A stretch of DNA of 64,000 nucleotides from an uncultured Phycisphaerales bacterium (GTDB taxonomy: Bacteria > Planctomycetota > Phycisphaerae > Tepidisphaerales > Tepidisphaeraceae), in assembly GCA_963758525.1 (NCBI GenBank), contig CAVWVQ010000002.1, positions 96,001 to 160,000 of the forward strand, in the 5' to 3' direction. Numbering within the stretch: the stretch's first letter is position 1; each line of letters begins with the position of its first letter. The notes beneath the pieces were generated by a model. That model did no database searches. It was given only the letters and a program-made list of their open reading frames with translations, and was not told the origin of the DNA. This document shows, piece by piece, positions 51,801-62,687 of the stretch. Position numbers and translations under genes: made by a program.

Positions 51801-53449
51801 ATGATTATCGGGAAATGCGGCAACTGCCACCGTCAATGCGGAGCCTTGGAACTGACGCATCGATGGGGCACGCACATCGTCTGCTTCCAGTGTTATGAGA
51901 TCCTGCTGCGGCAGGCTTCTGCCGTTCAACGCGCTACGTTTCCGGAATCCGAGCCAATACCGTATGCGACTCCGGTCGTCGATCACGTTTGCTCATCTTG
52001 CATGGAGCCGCTTTCCGAATCGGACGCCGCTGGCGGGCTGTGCGACAACTGCGCGTTAGCCAGTGCAGTCCAACAGACAACCAGGCGGCGCCGACGGCAC
52101 CGTCGGAAGACGCCTTCATTGCTGTGGGCCTTCATCGGACTCGCCGCAGCAGGCCTGACTTTTTGGTGGACGTATCCGACGATCAAATCGTTACTGCAAC
52201 GCAGTGATGTGGCGCAGCCGGTTGCTCAGACTGACGTAAGGGCGACCGAGGAAATTGTCGAATTCTCCGAGCTGGTTTCAGAGGGTAACCGATTCTTCGC
52301 CAGCGGCGACTACGCACACGCCAAAGAGAAATACGCAACGGCCCGGCAGTTTGTTATTGCGCATCCTCAACCATCGCTTGACGCTCGTGTTCAGCAACTT
52401 GATGAGTCCATTGAAAGGATGAGCCAACGCAAAAAGACGATGCAGGGTGGGGGTATATTTTCTGAATCATCTATTTTCGACGATGGGCAGGCTCTGCCGC
52501 CGGACGGTGAGGGCGACCCAGACCCTCCCAAATCGGCCGAGGAGGCGAAGACAGCGACCGTCGGTTTTGCTCCGCCGCTCCCGGTCGAGCCGCCTGCCGC
52601 GACGTCCGTCGGGCCGGCGGTGTCGATGCCTGCGACTGGCGGGATCAGTCAAAAAGCTCCCGTCCCTGCCGTCTCCCCTCCGGACGCGCTGGAACAGGCG
52701 TGGGAGATCGACCGTAGCGGAGACGCAGCGCGCGCATTATCAGCATTCCGAAAGGTGCTCGCTCTGCGTCCTTCCAGCGCGGACGCGCGCCTGGGGGCTG
52801 GACACTGCCTGTGCAAATTGGGCAACTACAAGGAAGCCGCGCCATATTTGGAAGCGGCGCTGTCGGGCGGACAGCGGCTGGGACGCATGTTCGCGTTCGA
52901 TCTGGCCGCCACTTATTTGCGCCTCGAAATTCCAATGCGATGCGGTCGGGAAAAATTCTCCGGCAGTTTCTTCAGGAGAATCACTCAGACGAGGAGGCGC
53001 AGAACGCGCTCGGCACGGCGTTGAGCCACGCCGGCGAACGATCACGGAAGCTGCAGGCGTTTGCGGATCTCTTGCAGTTTTACCGCGACAATGATGATCA
53101 ACTTGCAGCGCATCGAAAGGACGGTCTGCGTCGCTGGGGAACGCGGTGGGTGGACGAAGCGACCGCAAGGAGGAACTGGCAGGCCGTCACTGGTGCGTAC
53201 GACGCCGTTCAAAGCGCCGAGCGAGCTTACGATCATGCATCCGAGGCCAAGGCAAAGTCGTCGAATCAATTGCACGAAATTCTGACTGACCTGGGTTTGC
53301 ACGGGAGCTTGGAATATCAATCGGCCGCGCGACAATATGAGTCGGCCGTCCGTAACGAAGATGATGCAGTGCATAATCTCGATCGAGCCCGCATGGAACT
53401 GTCGCGAACCGAGCAACCCCCTTTTCCTGAGTCGATCGATGCGCAATGA
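51801..53449 (+). CDS. Cys-rich N-terminus + TM + TPR protein (frameshift near 52940)
   Basis: CGNC, CFQC, CSSC and CDNC motifs; one TM; Pro-rich linker; TPR-like ARLGAGHCLCKLGNYKEAAPYLE; RBS GGAGGT. Confidence 0.7.
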
Positions 53450-53614
53450 CGTGCGCCGCCTGTGTACGGGGATGCTCGCGGTTTTCCGAGAGACAGCATA
53501 ATTGCACCAAGCAAGCTGGGCAGCCGGGGCGAGCAAAATCGAAAGCAATGCAACCCCTGCTGGACTTTCGTCTCTCTTGCGCGACAATGCTCCCCACTTT
53601 AGGAAAGGACTTAC

Positions 53615-53953
53615 ATGGCAGAGGAAACGCAGCCCCCCACGGATGACAAGCAGAGCGTTCACGTCATGCTCGACGAGCGCGAATTGCGCACGAGCTTCGC
53701 GAACGGTTACCGGATTCACACCACCGCCGAGGAAGTGATTGTTGACTTCGGCTTCAACCTTCTCAACCCCAACCCGCAGGGCGGCCAGCAACAGATGCTT
53801 TTCCGCGTCAGCGACCGCGTGATCATGAGCTACGCGAGCGTGAAGCGGCTCACCGGATCGCTCAACCAGCTGATCCTGCGCTACGAGCAGCAATTCGGCC
53901 CCATCGCGGTCCATCGTGATCCGACGGCGAGCGGCCCGAAAGCGGTTCGGTAG
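53615..53953 (+). CDS. DUF3467 domain protein
   Basis: SFANGYRIHTTAEEVIVDFG, RVIMSYASVKRL, YEQQFGPI. Confidence 0.85.
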   Translation: MAEETQPPTDDKQSVHVMLDERELRTSFANGYRIHTTAEEVIVDFGFNLLNPNPQGGQQQMLFRVSDRVIMSYASVKRLTGSLNQLILRYEQQFGPIAVHRDPTASGPKAVR

Positions 53954-53957
53954 ACAA

Positions 53958-55514
53958 TCAGGATGCAAGTCGCGCCGCTTGCGGCGCGATCTCCTCGTCA
54001 TAGATATGGGCGAGTATTTCGTCCGCTCCGATCGGCTGATTCCCAAGTTGCCGCACTTCGATGGACGCGGCAATGGAGCCGAGGAACGCCGCTGCCTGCA
54101 GCGATCCCCCTGCCGCCAGACCGAGGCTTGCCGCGGCGAGCAGCGCATCGCCGCAGCCGAGCGGATCGATCGCGGTGCCGGCCAGCGCGGGAATGTATTC
54201 GCTGCGCAGGCGTCCCTCGGCTGCTTGATCGTCGCGATCGAAAGTAACCAATCCCTGTTTGCCCAGCGTAATCATTGCCTGACGCGCTCCGGTTGCGTTC
54301 AGCAGGTTCCATACGACCGCCCCCAGGCCGTTGGCAAAATCGTGCTGGGATTCGCGCACTTCGCGCTCCGTCGGACAGAGCAGATCGACGTCCCGGAAGC
54401 GAAGCAGATTGCTCTGGCGTCCGCTGACGTCGGCTGAGAGCACAGGCACGCGCTGACGAAGTGCCGGCAGGATGCGGTCGAGCAGCCCGCCGGTGATCTG
54501 TCCGTAGCCGAAGTCGGTGAAGATCACCGCGGCGGCGCCATCCGCTGCCGCCAGAATCTTCGAGGCAAGCAGGCCTTCGAGCTGCGAATCCGCCGGCGTC
54601 GCGGCGCCTTCATCGACCTTGAACAACTTCGTCTGATCGGCGACATACCGATGCTTGCAGACCACGTCGCGTCGACCGGCGTAGCATTGCACGTCGACGC
54701 CGCCTGCTCGCAATCGCAATTCAATCTGCCCCGAGAGATGATCGTCGGCCAGTGAGCTGATCAGAGTGGGCTGAGCGCCCATTCGCGCCAGATGCAGGGC
54801 AACGACGCCCGCCCCGCCGTCGTAGTCTCGTTGCTCCATCGCCCGCAGGGAGAGCATCGGCCCTTCGCCGGCAACGCTCGTCGCGTCACAAAAGTGATAG
54901 CGGTCGAGAATGTAGTCCCCCACCACCAGCACGCGCATCCCCCGGCGGCGCTGGAGCAAATTTCCCAAATGCGATGATGAGAGTCCGTACCGATCCCGCA
55001 GACGCGCCACCTTCTCGTCGTTGAAGACATCCTGCCGCGGCATGGTGCCGATCAAGGCGGTCGAGGAATAGACAACCTCGCCGCTGGAGAGCACCACGCG
55101 CCCGCCATGCCGCATGACCGTCTCGCGCTCCGCGAGAAAGCGCGAATCGTTATTTTTTTCGTACTCCCGGCCTTTGACGTAAATGTCGGGCCGCAGCGAT
55201 TCGAGCAACGGCTGAGCCGTCGGATGCGGATTGATGTAAACGCAGTCGACGCATTCCAGCGCCGCGAGGCTCGCCGCCCGAAGATCGTCCGGAATCAGCG
55301 GCCGGCTCGGCCCCTTGTCAACCTGAGCGTCCGAACTCACCGACACGATCAGAATATCCCCCAGCGACCTGGCAAACTGCAGATGCTGAATGTGTCCGGG
55401 ATGAACGATGTCGAAACACCCGTGGCAGTGAACCACGGTTTTATTTGCCGCGCGCGCCTTCGCCCGCAGATCGGTTAGTGCATTGAGCGTGAGCGTCTTC
55501 GAATTCGCAAGCAT
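53958..55514 (-). CDS. HldE/RfaE-like bifunctional nucleotidyltransferase + PfkB sugar kinase
   Basis: N-terminal HGCFDIVHPGH and PDIYVKGREY; C-terminal GDYILDRY, DPLGCGDA. Confidence 0.85.
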   Translation of the reverse strand: MLANSKTLTLNALTDLRAKARAANKTVVHCHGCFDIVHPGHIQHLQFARSLGDILIVSVSSDAQVDKGPSRPLIPDDLRAASLAALECVDCVYINPHPTAQPLLESLRPDIYVKGREYEKNNDSRFLAERETVMRHGGRVVLSSGEVVYSSTALIGTMPRQDVFNDEKVARLRDRYGLSSSHLGNLLQRRRGMRVLVVGDYILDRYHFCDATSVAGEGPMLSLRAMEQRDYDGGAGVVALHLARMGAQPTLISSLADDHLSGQIELRLRAGGVDVQCYAGRRDVVCKHRYVADQTKLFKVDEGAATPADSQLEGLLASKILAAADGAAAVIFTDFGYGQITGGLLDRILPALRQRVPVLSADVSGRQSNLLRFRDVDLLCPTEREVRESQHDFANGLGAVVWNLLNATGARQAMITLGKQGLVTFDRDDQAAEGRLRSEYIPALAGTAIDPLGCGDALLAAASLGLAAGGSLQAAAFLGSIAASIEVRQLGNQPIGADEILAHIYDEEIAPQAARLAS

Positions 55515-55558
55515 TCATCTCTCCGGCCGCCAGCGGGGCGTCAATGGAATCAGATGAA

Positions 55559-55587
55559 ATATCGGCCACGCCTCTTGCGCAGCGTGA
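55559..55587 (-). promoter_or_regulatory. Sigma28-like promoter
   Basis: Minus strand TCACG-N16-GCCGATAT, 45 bp upstream of the ATG at 55514. Confidence 0.5.
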
Positions 55588-55674
55588 ATAGTTATGGGAC
55601 CAAGGAGCGGTCAAGGACGACGGAAGGGGCGGAGCGGAAGGTTTGCCAATTGAAATAATTGAAATAGAGCAAAT

Positions 55675-55932
55675 TCAGGTGCCCTCGGCAACGACGATTA
55701 CGCGCGAGTGCTCCGGCAGGGTGACGCGAGGATCGACGAGGCGGATCACCCCATTTTCAACGATGCCCGGCAGGGCCAGAGGGTGCCGCGTCGATTGGCG
55801 CAAGTGGTGTTCGACGGGCGTGGGAACAGCATCCGATGGAAGTTGAGGCGGCGGAAGAGGGGGCTCGGCAGCGATGGTCTCGTCAAGCACTCGCCGCGAG
55901 GCGCTCCGCGTATCGGGTTCTATACTATGCAT
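55675..55932 (-). CDS. Putative antitoxin (DUF104/AF2212-like C-terminal domain)
   Basis: ALPGIVENGVIRLVDPRVTLPEHSRVIV; 12 bp downstream of the toxin-like gene. Confidence 0.5.
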   Translation of the reverse strand: MHSIEPDTRSASRRVLDETIAAEPPLPPPQLPSDAVPTPVEHHLRQSTRHPLALPGIVENGVIRLVDPRVTLPEHSRVIVVAEGT

Positions 55933-55944
55933 CGCAGAATCCCT

Positions 55945-56202
55945 TCAATAGGCGGTAATCACGAAAATCAGAGTCTGTTCCAATTCGGCAAACCCATTGG
56001 GGACATCATCCTCTTCACGATCATACCGCCAGATAACCCATATCCGACGGCCTGAAGGCGTCGCCGCATACATGATGAAGGAACCGTCGCGACATTCCTG
56101 GAGACTGAAAACGCTTTGAAACGAAGCCTCGACTTCCTCGGCCGAAAGTGCGTGGGCACCGATCTTCGCGAGATTCCGGTCGATCCATTTGAATCGCCGC
56201 AA
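55945..56202 (-). CDS. BrnT-like toxin
   Basis: FKWIDRNLAKIGAHALSAEEVEASF, TPSGRRIWVIW, IFVITAY pattern. Confidence 0.65.
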   Translation of the reverse strand: MRRFKWIDRNLAKIGAHALSAEEVEASFQSVFSLQECRDGSFIMYAATPSGRRIWVIWRYDREEDDVPNGFAELEQTLIFVITAY

Positions 56203-56330
56203 GGTTTTTTCGCCTCCGAACCGCTCAACGCCTTACATCGTGCCCCCGATCCAGCTTGATCTCAAGCGCGGCCGTCAACCGCCTACTTTACACTCGCACG
56301 GAAGTCCGTGACTTCCGCCAGCATCTTTCC

Positions 56331-56359
56331 TCACCCTCTCGTACGCCTCTGTCCGATAA
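56331..56359 (+). promoter_or_regulatory. Sigma28-like promoter
   Basis: TCACC-N16-TCCGATAA, 32 bp upstream of the ATG at 56391. Confidence 0.5.
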
Positions 56360-56390
56360 CCATGACTGGCGGAGGATCCGCCGCTTTCAG

Positions 56391-58752
56391 ATGACTACTC
56401 AATCCCCCACCGCCGAGACGGACCTGGTTGCACACGATCTTCTTGCCGCCCTCCTGGGCGGAGACCTGCGGCTCGCAGCGGAGCGAGTCGCGCCGCTCAC
56501 GCCCGAGTCGCTGCTGGAGACGGCTCATGCGTGCATGCGCGGGCGGCGATGGGCTGACGCAGTGTGGGTGTTTGACCGCATTGAAACGCGCGGCGCCGAC
56601 GCCGAGGTCAAACGATGCTTCTGTAACAACCTGGCGGGCCTGCAGGTCAACCGTCCGCAGGTCTATCAGACGATCGTCACGCTCCCGACGGAAACACGTT
56701 GCTGCATCGGTTCCGCGGCCGATGGGCGGCCGACGATTATTCTCCGCCGCGCCAATGGCGAGCGCGTCTGCCTTTCGCCGGGCAACGATCCCCTGGCCAA
56801 CGTCTCGCAGGCGATCCGGGATCTGAAACCGGCTATCGAACAAGGCCTGCCCTTGGGGCTTTGCGGGATTGGCGATGGCTATTTGTTCAACCATCTCGCG
56901 CACCATCCGCCAAAGCTCTTTCTCAAGATGGAACAGGCGGTCTTTCTGATCGAGCCAGATGCGCAGGTGCTGCTGCATTGCCTGATGATCCACGACTACA
57001 CCGGCCCCGCCGGTCCGATTCAGCAGCGCCGCTTCCGGTGGTACGTGGGCTCGACCTGGCGGGAAGACATCACCCACGTTTTGACCAACGACCCCTATCT
57101 TCCCTGTCCCGCCGTGACGGTCTGCCAGGGTCTTGAGAGCGCACCACTCGCCGCGGCGCTGCGCGATCTGAGCCAGGTGATGGTCGAGCGCGACGCGCGA
57201 TTGAAAGCGCAGGTGGACGCCTATTACGCGGAGCTTGCCCGCGAGGAACTTGCCGCGCTGCTCGGCCCGCGCCCGCCTCGCCAGCCGCGCGTGCTGCTGA
57301 TGACCACCCGGTTCTCGACGGTTCTTCAGTATTCCACGCGCGATGCCGCCGACGCTTTTGAAAAGCTCGGCTGGGAGGCGCGCATCCTCATCGAGCCGAC
57401 CAATCACCATCGCCTCATGCACTCGGCCACGCGCAGCGAACTGGCGAACTTCAGGCCGGATCTGGTCTTCCAGATCGATCATCTTCGCCATGAGCATCCG
57501 GGGCTGTTCCCCCCGACGCTTCCGTTCGCCTGCTGGATTCAGGACCATCTGCCCAATCTCCGCACGCAGGAAGCCGCCCGGTCAATCTCCTCCAACGATT
57601 TTGTGCTGACCGATTCACCGGCGATGTATGGCTCGACTTTTTCATATCCTCGCCGGCAGTGCATCTCCGTCGCAAAGTTGACGCGCATCCCGCCGCGCCC
57701 CGTCGAGGACCGCGCAACGCAAGGCGATGATCTGGTCTTCGTTTCCAATGCATCGCATGTGCCCGCGAAGATCATCGCGGAGCGAACCGCCGCATATGAC
57801 GGCACGCCGCAGGGAAGGGCGTTGCTGCAGGAATGCGCCCGGCGACTGGTCGATCTGTATGCCGCCGAGCAGAATGTGCCAACCTATTTCGAGTTGCTGG
57901 AGTTAATTCGGCAGGTTCGCCGCGACACCGCCGCGCCGATCGGCGTCGCGGAATTTGACGCCATCGCCGCATGGCTCTTCCATCCGCTCAATGACGCGCT
58001 CTACCGCCAGCAGGCGCTGCGCTGGGCGCGCGATGCCGCGGACACAATGAGTCTTTCCTTCGCGATTTACGGCAACGGCTGGGAGGAGCATCCTGACTTT
58101 GCGGCATATGCCCGCGGCCCGGTGCAGTACGGACCCGCGCTTGAGGCGCTGACGCGCGCAAGCCGGTTCAATCTGCAGATCGTGCCGTATCTCTGCCTGC
58201 ACCAGCGGCTGCTCGACGGGCTCGTGGCCGGCGGATTTTACCTGATTCGCCGGCATCGCGCCGATACCGTCGCCCGCCAGTTGCTCGAATTCCTGCTCGC
58301 TCACGTCCCGACCGCACACAAGCTCGAGCTTGCCCGACGCGCGCTTTCAGAGCCGTTCCGCGGCGAACTCGACAGGCTGGCGGCGGCGCTCAAACCTGCG
58401 ATTGCCACCAGCGAACAGGATGATCCGGTCGAGGCTGTCCGTGCCTGGCATGAAATGGGATTGGTGGAGCGCGACCGGCAGATTTTGCCGCGCTTCGACC
58501 TGACCAGCTTTGACGACGCACAGAGTCTTCGACTGGCGATCGCGCGCTTCACCGCCGATCCGGATTTGCGGGAGCAGGTGCAGCAGGAGCAAAGGCAGCA
58601 GCGTCGCCGACCGGTTCACGTATGAAGCCGGCCTCGGCCGCGTCGTCGCGAAAATGCACGAACTGCTGTCGGACTCGGATATTCCGCCGAAATCCAAGAT
58701 CGAGCACCCGCGCGCATTTGCCGCCGGAGGTCGCACACGGAGAGCGGTCTGA
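56391..58752 (+). CDS. Large glycosyltransferase-like protein (Maf-like N-terminal region, CgeB-like C-terminal region; frameshift near 58598)
   Basis: GIGDGYLF and FLIEPD Rossmann-like segment; TTRFSTVLQY, CWIQD, IYGNGW, RFNL..HQRLLDGLVAGGF. Confidence 0.65.
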
Positions 58753-59937
58753 TGAAGCTCAGCTACGTGATCATCACCCGCAACCGTCGCGGGCGGCTGC
58801 TGGAGACGCTTGGGCGGCTGGAAGAACATACACCGCTGGCACCGGGGCAATGGGAAACGCTTGTCGTTGACAATGCTTCCGACGACGGGTCGATCGCAGC
58901 GGTCCAGTCAACGTTTCCGCACGTGCGTACGATCGCCCTCGCCGCGAACGAGGGGATGCCCGCGCGCAATCACGCCTTCACGCAGGCGCGCGGGGAGTTT
59001 CTCTTCTCGCTCGACGACGACAGCTACCCCGCGGCCGGCGCTGTTGCCGTCGCGTTGAATTTTCTCGCCTCGCGTCCGCGCGCGGCGGCGCTGACGGGCC
59101 GGGCGGTGCTTCCCAACGGCAAGTGGGAAGCCAGCGCGTTGCCGCGCGTGATTCTCGGGGGAGCCTGCGTGCTGCGCCGATCCGTCATCGCGAACATCGG
59201 CGGCTTCCCAGCCGAATTCTTCCGCCAGGCGGAGGAATACGATCTGAGCTTTCGCATCTGGCAGCGCCGGATATTCCGTCGAGCGTTGCGAAGAATTGAT
59301 CTTCCGCCACGACAAATCCACCGAAGGACGCAGCTCTGCCTTGACGCATCGGATGGATCTGCGGAACAACCTTATTCTGATCGAGCGATATCTGCCCCGC
59401 AGCCTGCGACGCGATTTTCGCCACGACTGGATTCGACGCTATGCCGCCCTGGCCCGGTACGACGGCTGCGAAGACGCCGTCATCGACGCATTGCGCGATG
59501 CCCGCGTCTGGGCGAAGCAAGAGCGTGATACCGGCCGAAAGACGCTTCCGCCGCTCCTGATTGAAAAGCTGTTTGAGCTGGAACGCCAGGGCGACTTAGT
59601 ACGTCGTTGGAAACGTCTGCACGCGATTCGCTCGGTTGTCATCGCCGATTTCAGCAAAAACCTGTACGCCACCTGGCGGGCCTGCAGCCTGGCGGGGCTT
59701 CAAATCACCGCCCTGGCGGATGACCGCCCCGCGTTTGCCGGTCGATCGCATCGCGGGGTTCCGATTCTTGCTCTGGGCGAAGCGATCGGCCTCGGAGCCG
59801 ACGGCATCATTCTCTCCAACATCAATCCCGCCCAGATTGACGATCGACTTGCCGCGATAAGAGCCGCGTATGCCGGGCCGATTCTTCGATTATGGGAGCC
59901 CCGCTTTTTGGCGCAGCCGGGAACATTGGCGGCATGA
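58752..59937 (+). CDS. GT2 family glycosyltransferase (frameshift near 59262)
   Basis: YVIITRNR, VVDNASDDGS, ARN, LDDDS, AEEYDLSFR. Confidence 0.85.
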
Positions 59938-61624
59938 TGCGGATTTTCAACGAGACGACCATGCAAGACACGATCAACCTCACCGACCCCACGCTCGCCG
60001 CCACGTTTGAAGTCATCTATCTTGGCCCGACGCTCACGAAACTGCGCCCGATGCGCAGCAATGCGATCGACGTTGGCGCGCATCGCGGCGACGTCACCGC
60101 GGCGCTGGCGGACCTGGGCTTCCGCGTGCTGGCGATCGAGCCGCAACCCATGATGACCCGCAGGCTCGCCGATCGGTTCCGATCTCTGCTCGACCAGGAC
60201 CTCCTGCACATCGAGCGCTGTGCCGCATCGAATCGTCGCGGTGTCGGCAGCATGTATCTGGGGTCTGCCAGCACGGTCAACACCCTGGAACGTGACTGGA
60301 CGCGCGTCGCATTTCCCGATGAATTTCGCGCGCCGAACAGATGGACGTCCCGCTTTACACCATTGCCGAGCTGGCTGACGCCGCCGGGTTCGAGCGACCG
60401 GCGTTTGTAAAGATTGATGTCGAAGGACACGAGCTTCCAGCGCTGGAGGGTCTTTTCCGCCAGACCTGCGCCAATGAACCGCCGCCAGTCGTCATGTTCG
60501 AGGCCAACCAACGCTTTCCTGATGCCGTGCGGCAGTGTCTGTCGCTGCTGGAGGCAACCGGGTATGGGCCGTTCGATATCTTCATTCGCGAGGGAATCGC
60601 GCCGATCGCGGCGGAACGCTTCACCGGGGCGGAGCTTCCCGCCGCCTGGAATGCGTGCAACTCGCGATATTTTTACGCAAACATCATCGCGTATCATCGG
60701 TCGGTCGATTCAAACATCCTCCCTGCGAGCCCCATCACGTTTCTTGAGAATTACCAGCTCGAATCGGCTCGCGACGTCCTGCGGCGCAGACTGCGCCTCG
60801 AACAATCCGAGCCTACCCCCGTTCACGCGATCTGGTCGGAGGCGCGGCAGGAGCTGCGCAAATACATTCTCGAAGCCGACTGGCGCAACTTTCTCAGTCA
60901 CCCCGTGTGCAAGCACATGTTCTTCCGCGGCCGATGGGGTCCCGGGCAGGATCACGAGTTGGCCTCGCTTTCCTCCACCGCGTTTGGACGAGGCTTGCTC
61001 GAGACACACCGCGATCCTTCGGCCGGCGTCCCGCGCATCAGCGAAAAGCTTCCGGGACTGAGCACCAACATGCTCGGCATGCTTTATTACCTGCAGCGCG
61101 TCCACCAGCATTGCGAAGGCTCGCTGCCGGAGAGGTTCATCGAGGTCGGCGGCGGCTACGGCGCTTTTGCGTTTGCCTGGATGCGGCAGAATCCCAGCGC
61201 GTCATATGTGATCGTCGATCTGCCGGAGATGCTGGCGATTCAGCATTATTTTCTCACGCTCGCGCTGCCGGGGCACCGCGTCGTCTTCGCCGCCGACTCG
61301 GACGCTCGGCCGGAACCGGGGCAGATTCTGCTGCTGCCGGCGCGGCGGCTCAGCGAGTTGCCGCTCTCCTGCGACCTGCTGTTTTCGACGTTCGGTTTTT
61401 CCGAACTGCCGCGTGAACTGCAGAAGCAGATCGAGTCGACGGCGTACTTCAACGCCTCGCGCATCTTTCTCACCGGGCAATTTGCAAGCGAGTTTCCCGA
61501 GTTGAAGTTGGTGCATCATGATGAGGTCGTAGGCGCTGCCCGCCAACGATTCAGCCATGTTGACGTCGAGCGATTCCACACGGGCGACAACTATCTTTTG
61601 ACCGCAAGCCGTTCCGCTGCCTGA
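59934..61624 (+). CDS. FkbM methyltransferase fused to a putative sugar O-methyltransferase (frameshift near 60330)
   Basis: IDVGAHRG, IEP, VKIDVEGHE, then a second SAM motif IEVGGGYG with IVDLPEM and FSEL. Confidence 0.78.
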
Positions 61625-61650
61625 TGCGATAAACCCTGGAGGAAACGAAG

Positions 61651-62668
61651 ATGCATCCGAAATTCATGGATATTCTCTGCTGCCCCGAGACCGGCGAACG
61701 CTTCTCCCTGGAGATCCGCGAGCAGCGCGTCAATGGCCTGATCATCACCGGAGCACTGCGCACCCGCGGCGGACGGAATTATCCGATCGTGCGGGGCGTG
61801 CCGCGATTCGTGAATGAAGAGGCGTACGCCGACAGCTTTGGCGTCGAATGGAATCGCTGGCCGCGAACGCAGTTCGAGTTTGAAAACGTCGGCCGGCCCA
61901 TGGAGGGGCACACGACGCGGATGTGGGAACGCATCACGCATGTCTCGCCCGACGAAGTGCGCGATCGCACCATCGTCGACTTCGGCTGCGGCCCCGGGCG
62001 GTTTCTCGACGTCGTCCGATCCAAAGGCGGATACGCCGTGGGCATCGATCTGAGCAGCGCCGTCGATGCGGCCCGTGAGAATTTTCGCAACGATCCCAAT
62101 GTGCTGATCGTGCAGGGCGACCTGCTGCACCCTCCGTTTCTCTCCGGCGTGATGGATGGCGGATACTCGATCGGCGTGCTGCATCACACCCCTCATCCGG
62201 GAGCCGGCGTGGCTTCGCTTGCCAACGTGGTCCGCTCGCAAGGCTGGCTCGCCTGCTGCGTCTACTCCAAAGATGATTTTTACGACTTCCCCTCGCTGCA
62301 GCGCCTCCGCAAGGCGCACTGCGCCCTCAAGCCCTACCTCGGCTATTCGTTTGCGACGGCGTACGCGTACGCGGCCGCGTACGGCGTCGCGCCAATGCTG
62401 CAAAAGCTCAAGGCTTTCGGCTGGTGGAGAACGGTGCAGTATATCGAGCGAAATCTGCTGCTTTGCGTGCGGCTGAAGGATCCGCGATGGCGCGTCCTCG
62501 ACATCTTCGACGCGATTACGCCGCAGATCGCGACCACGCACACGCCGCAAGAAGTGATGCAATGGCTGGAGGAGGCCGGTTGCAACGAAATCCGAACAAC
62601 CTATTGGTGCCCAACGTCGTTTGCCGCGCAGCAAGGCACAGATCGCGGCAGGATCGATCGCCGCATAA
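61651..62668 (+). CDS. Trm112-like domain + class I SAM methyltransferase (frameshift near 62630; TAA 62666-62668 is the likely true stop)
   Basis: ILCCPETG..YPIVRGVPRF, DFGCGPGRF, SIGVLHHTP. Confidence 0.8.
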
Positions 62669-62687
62669 GAACCGAGGGCCGTCAGTC

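Noticed and set aside
1380..62668. Mass pseudogenisation or programmed frameshifting of about 18 genes
   Set aside because: Each gene keeps all motifs with only 1-2 small indels, lacks slippery heptamers and shares a sequence context; sequencing error is more parsimonious
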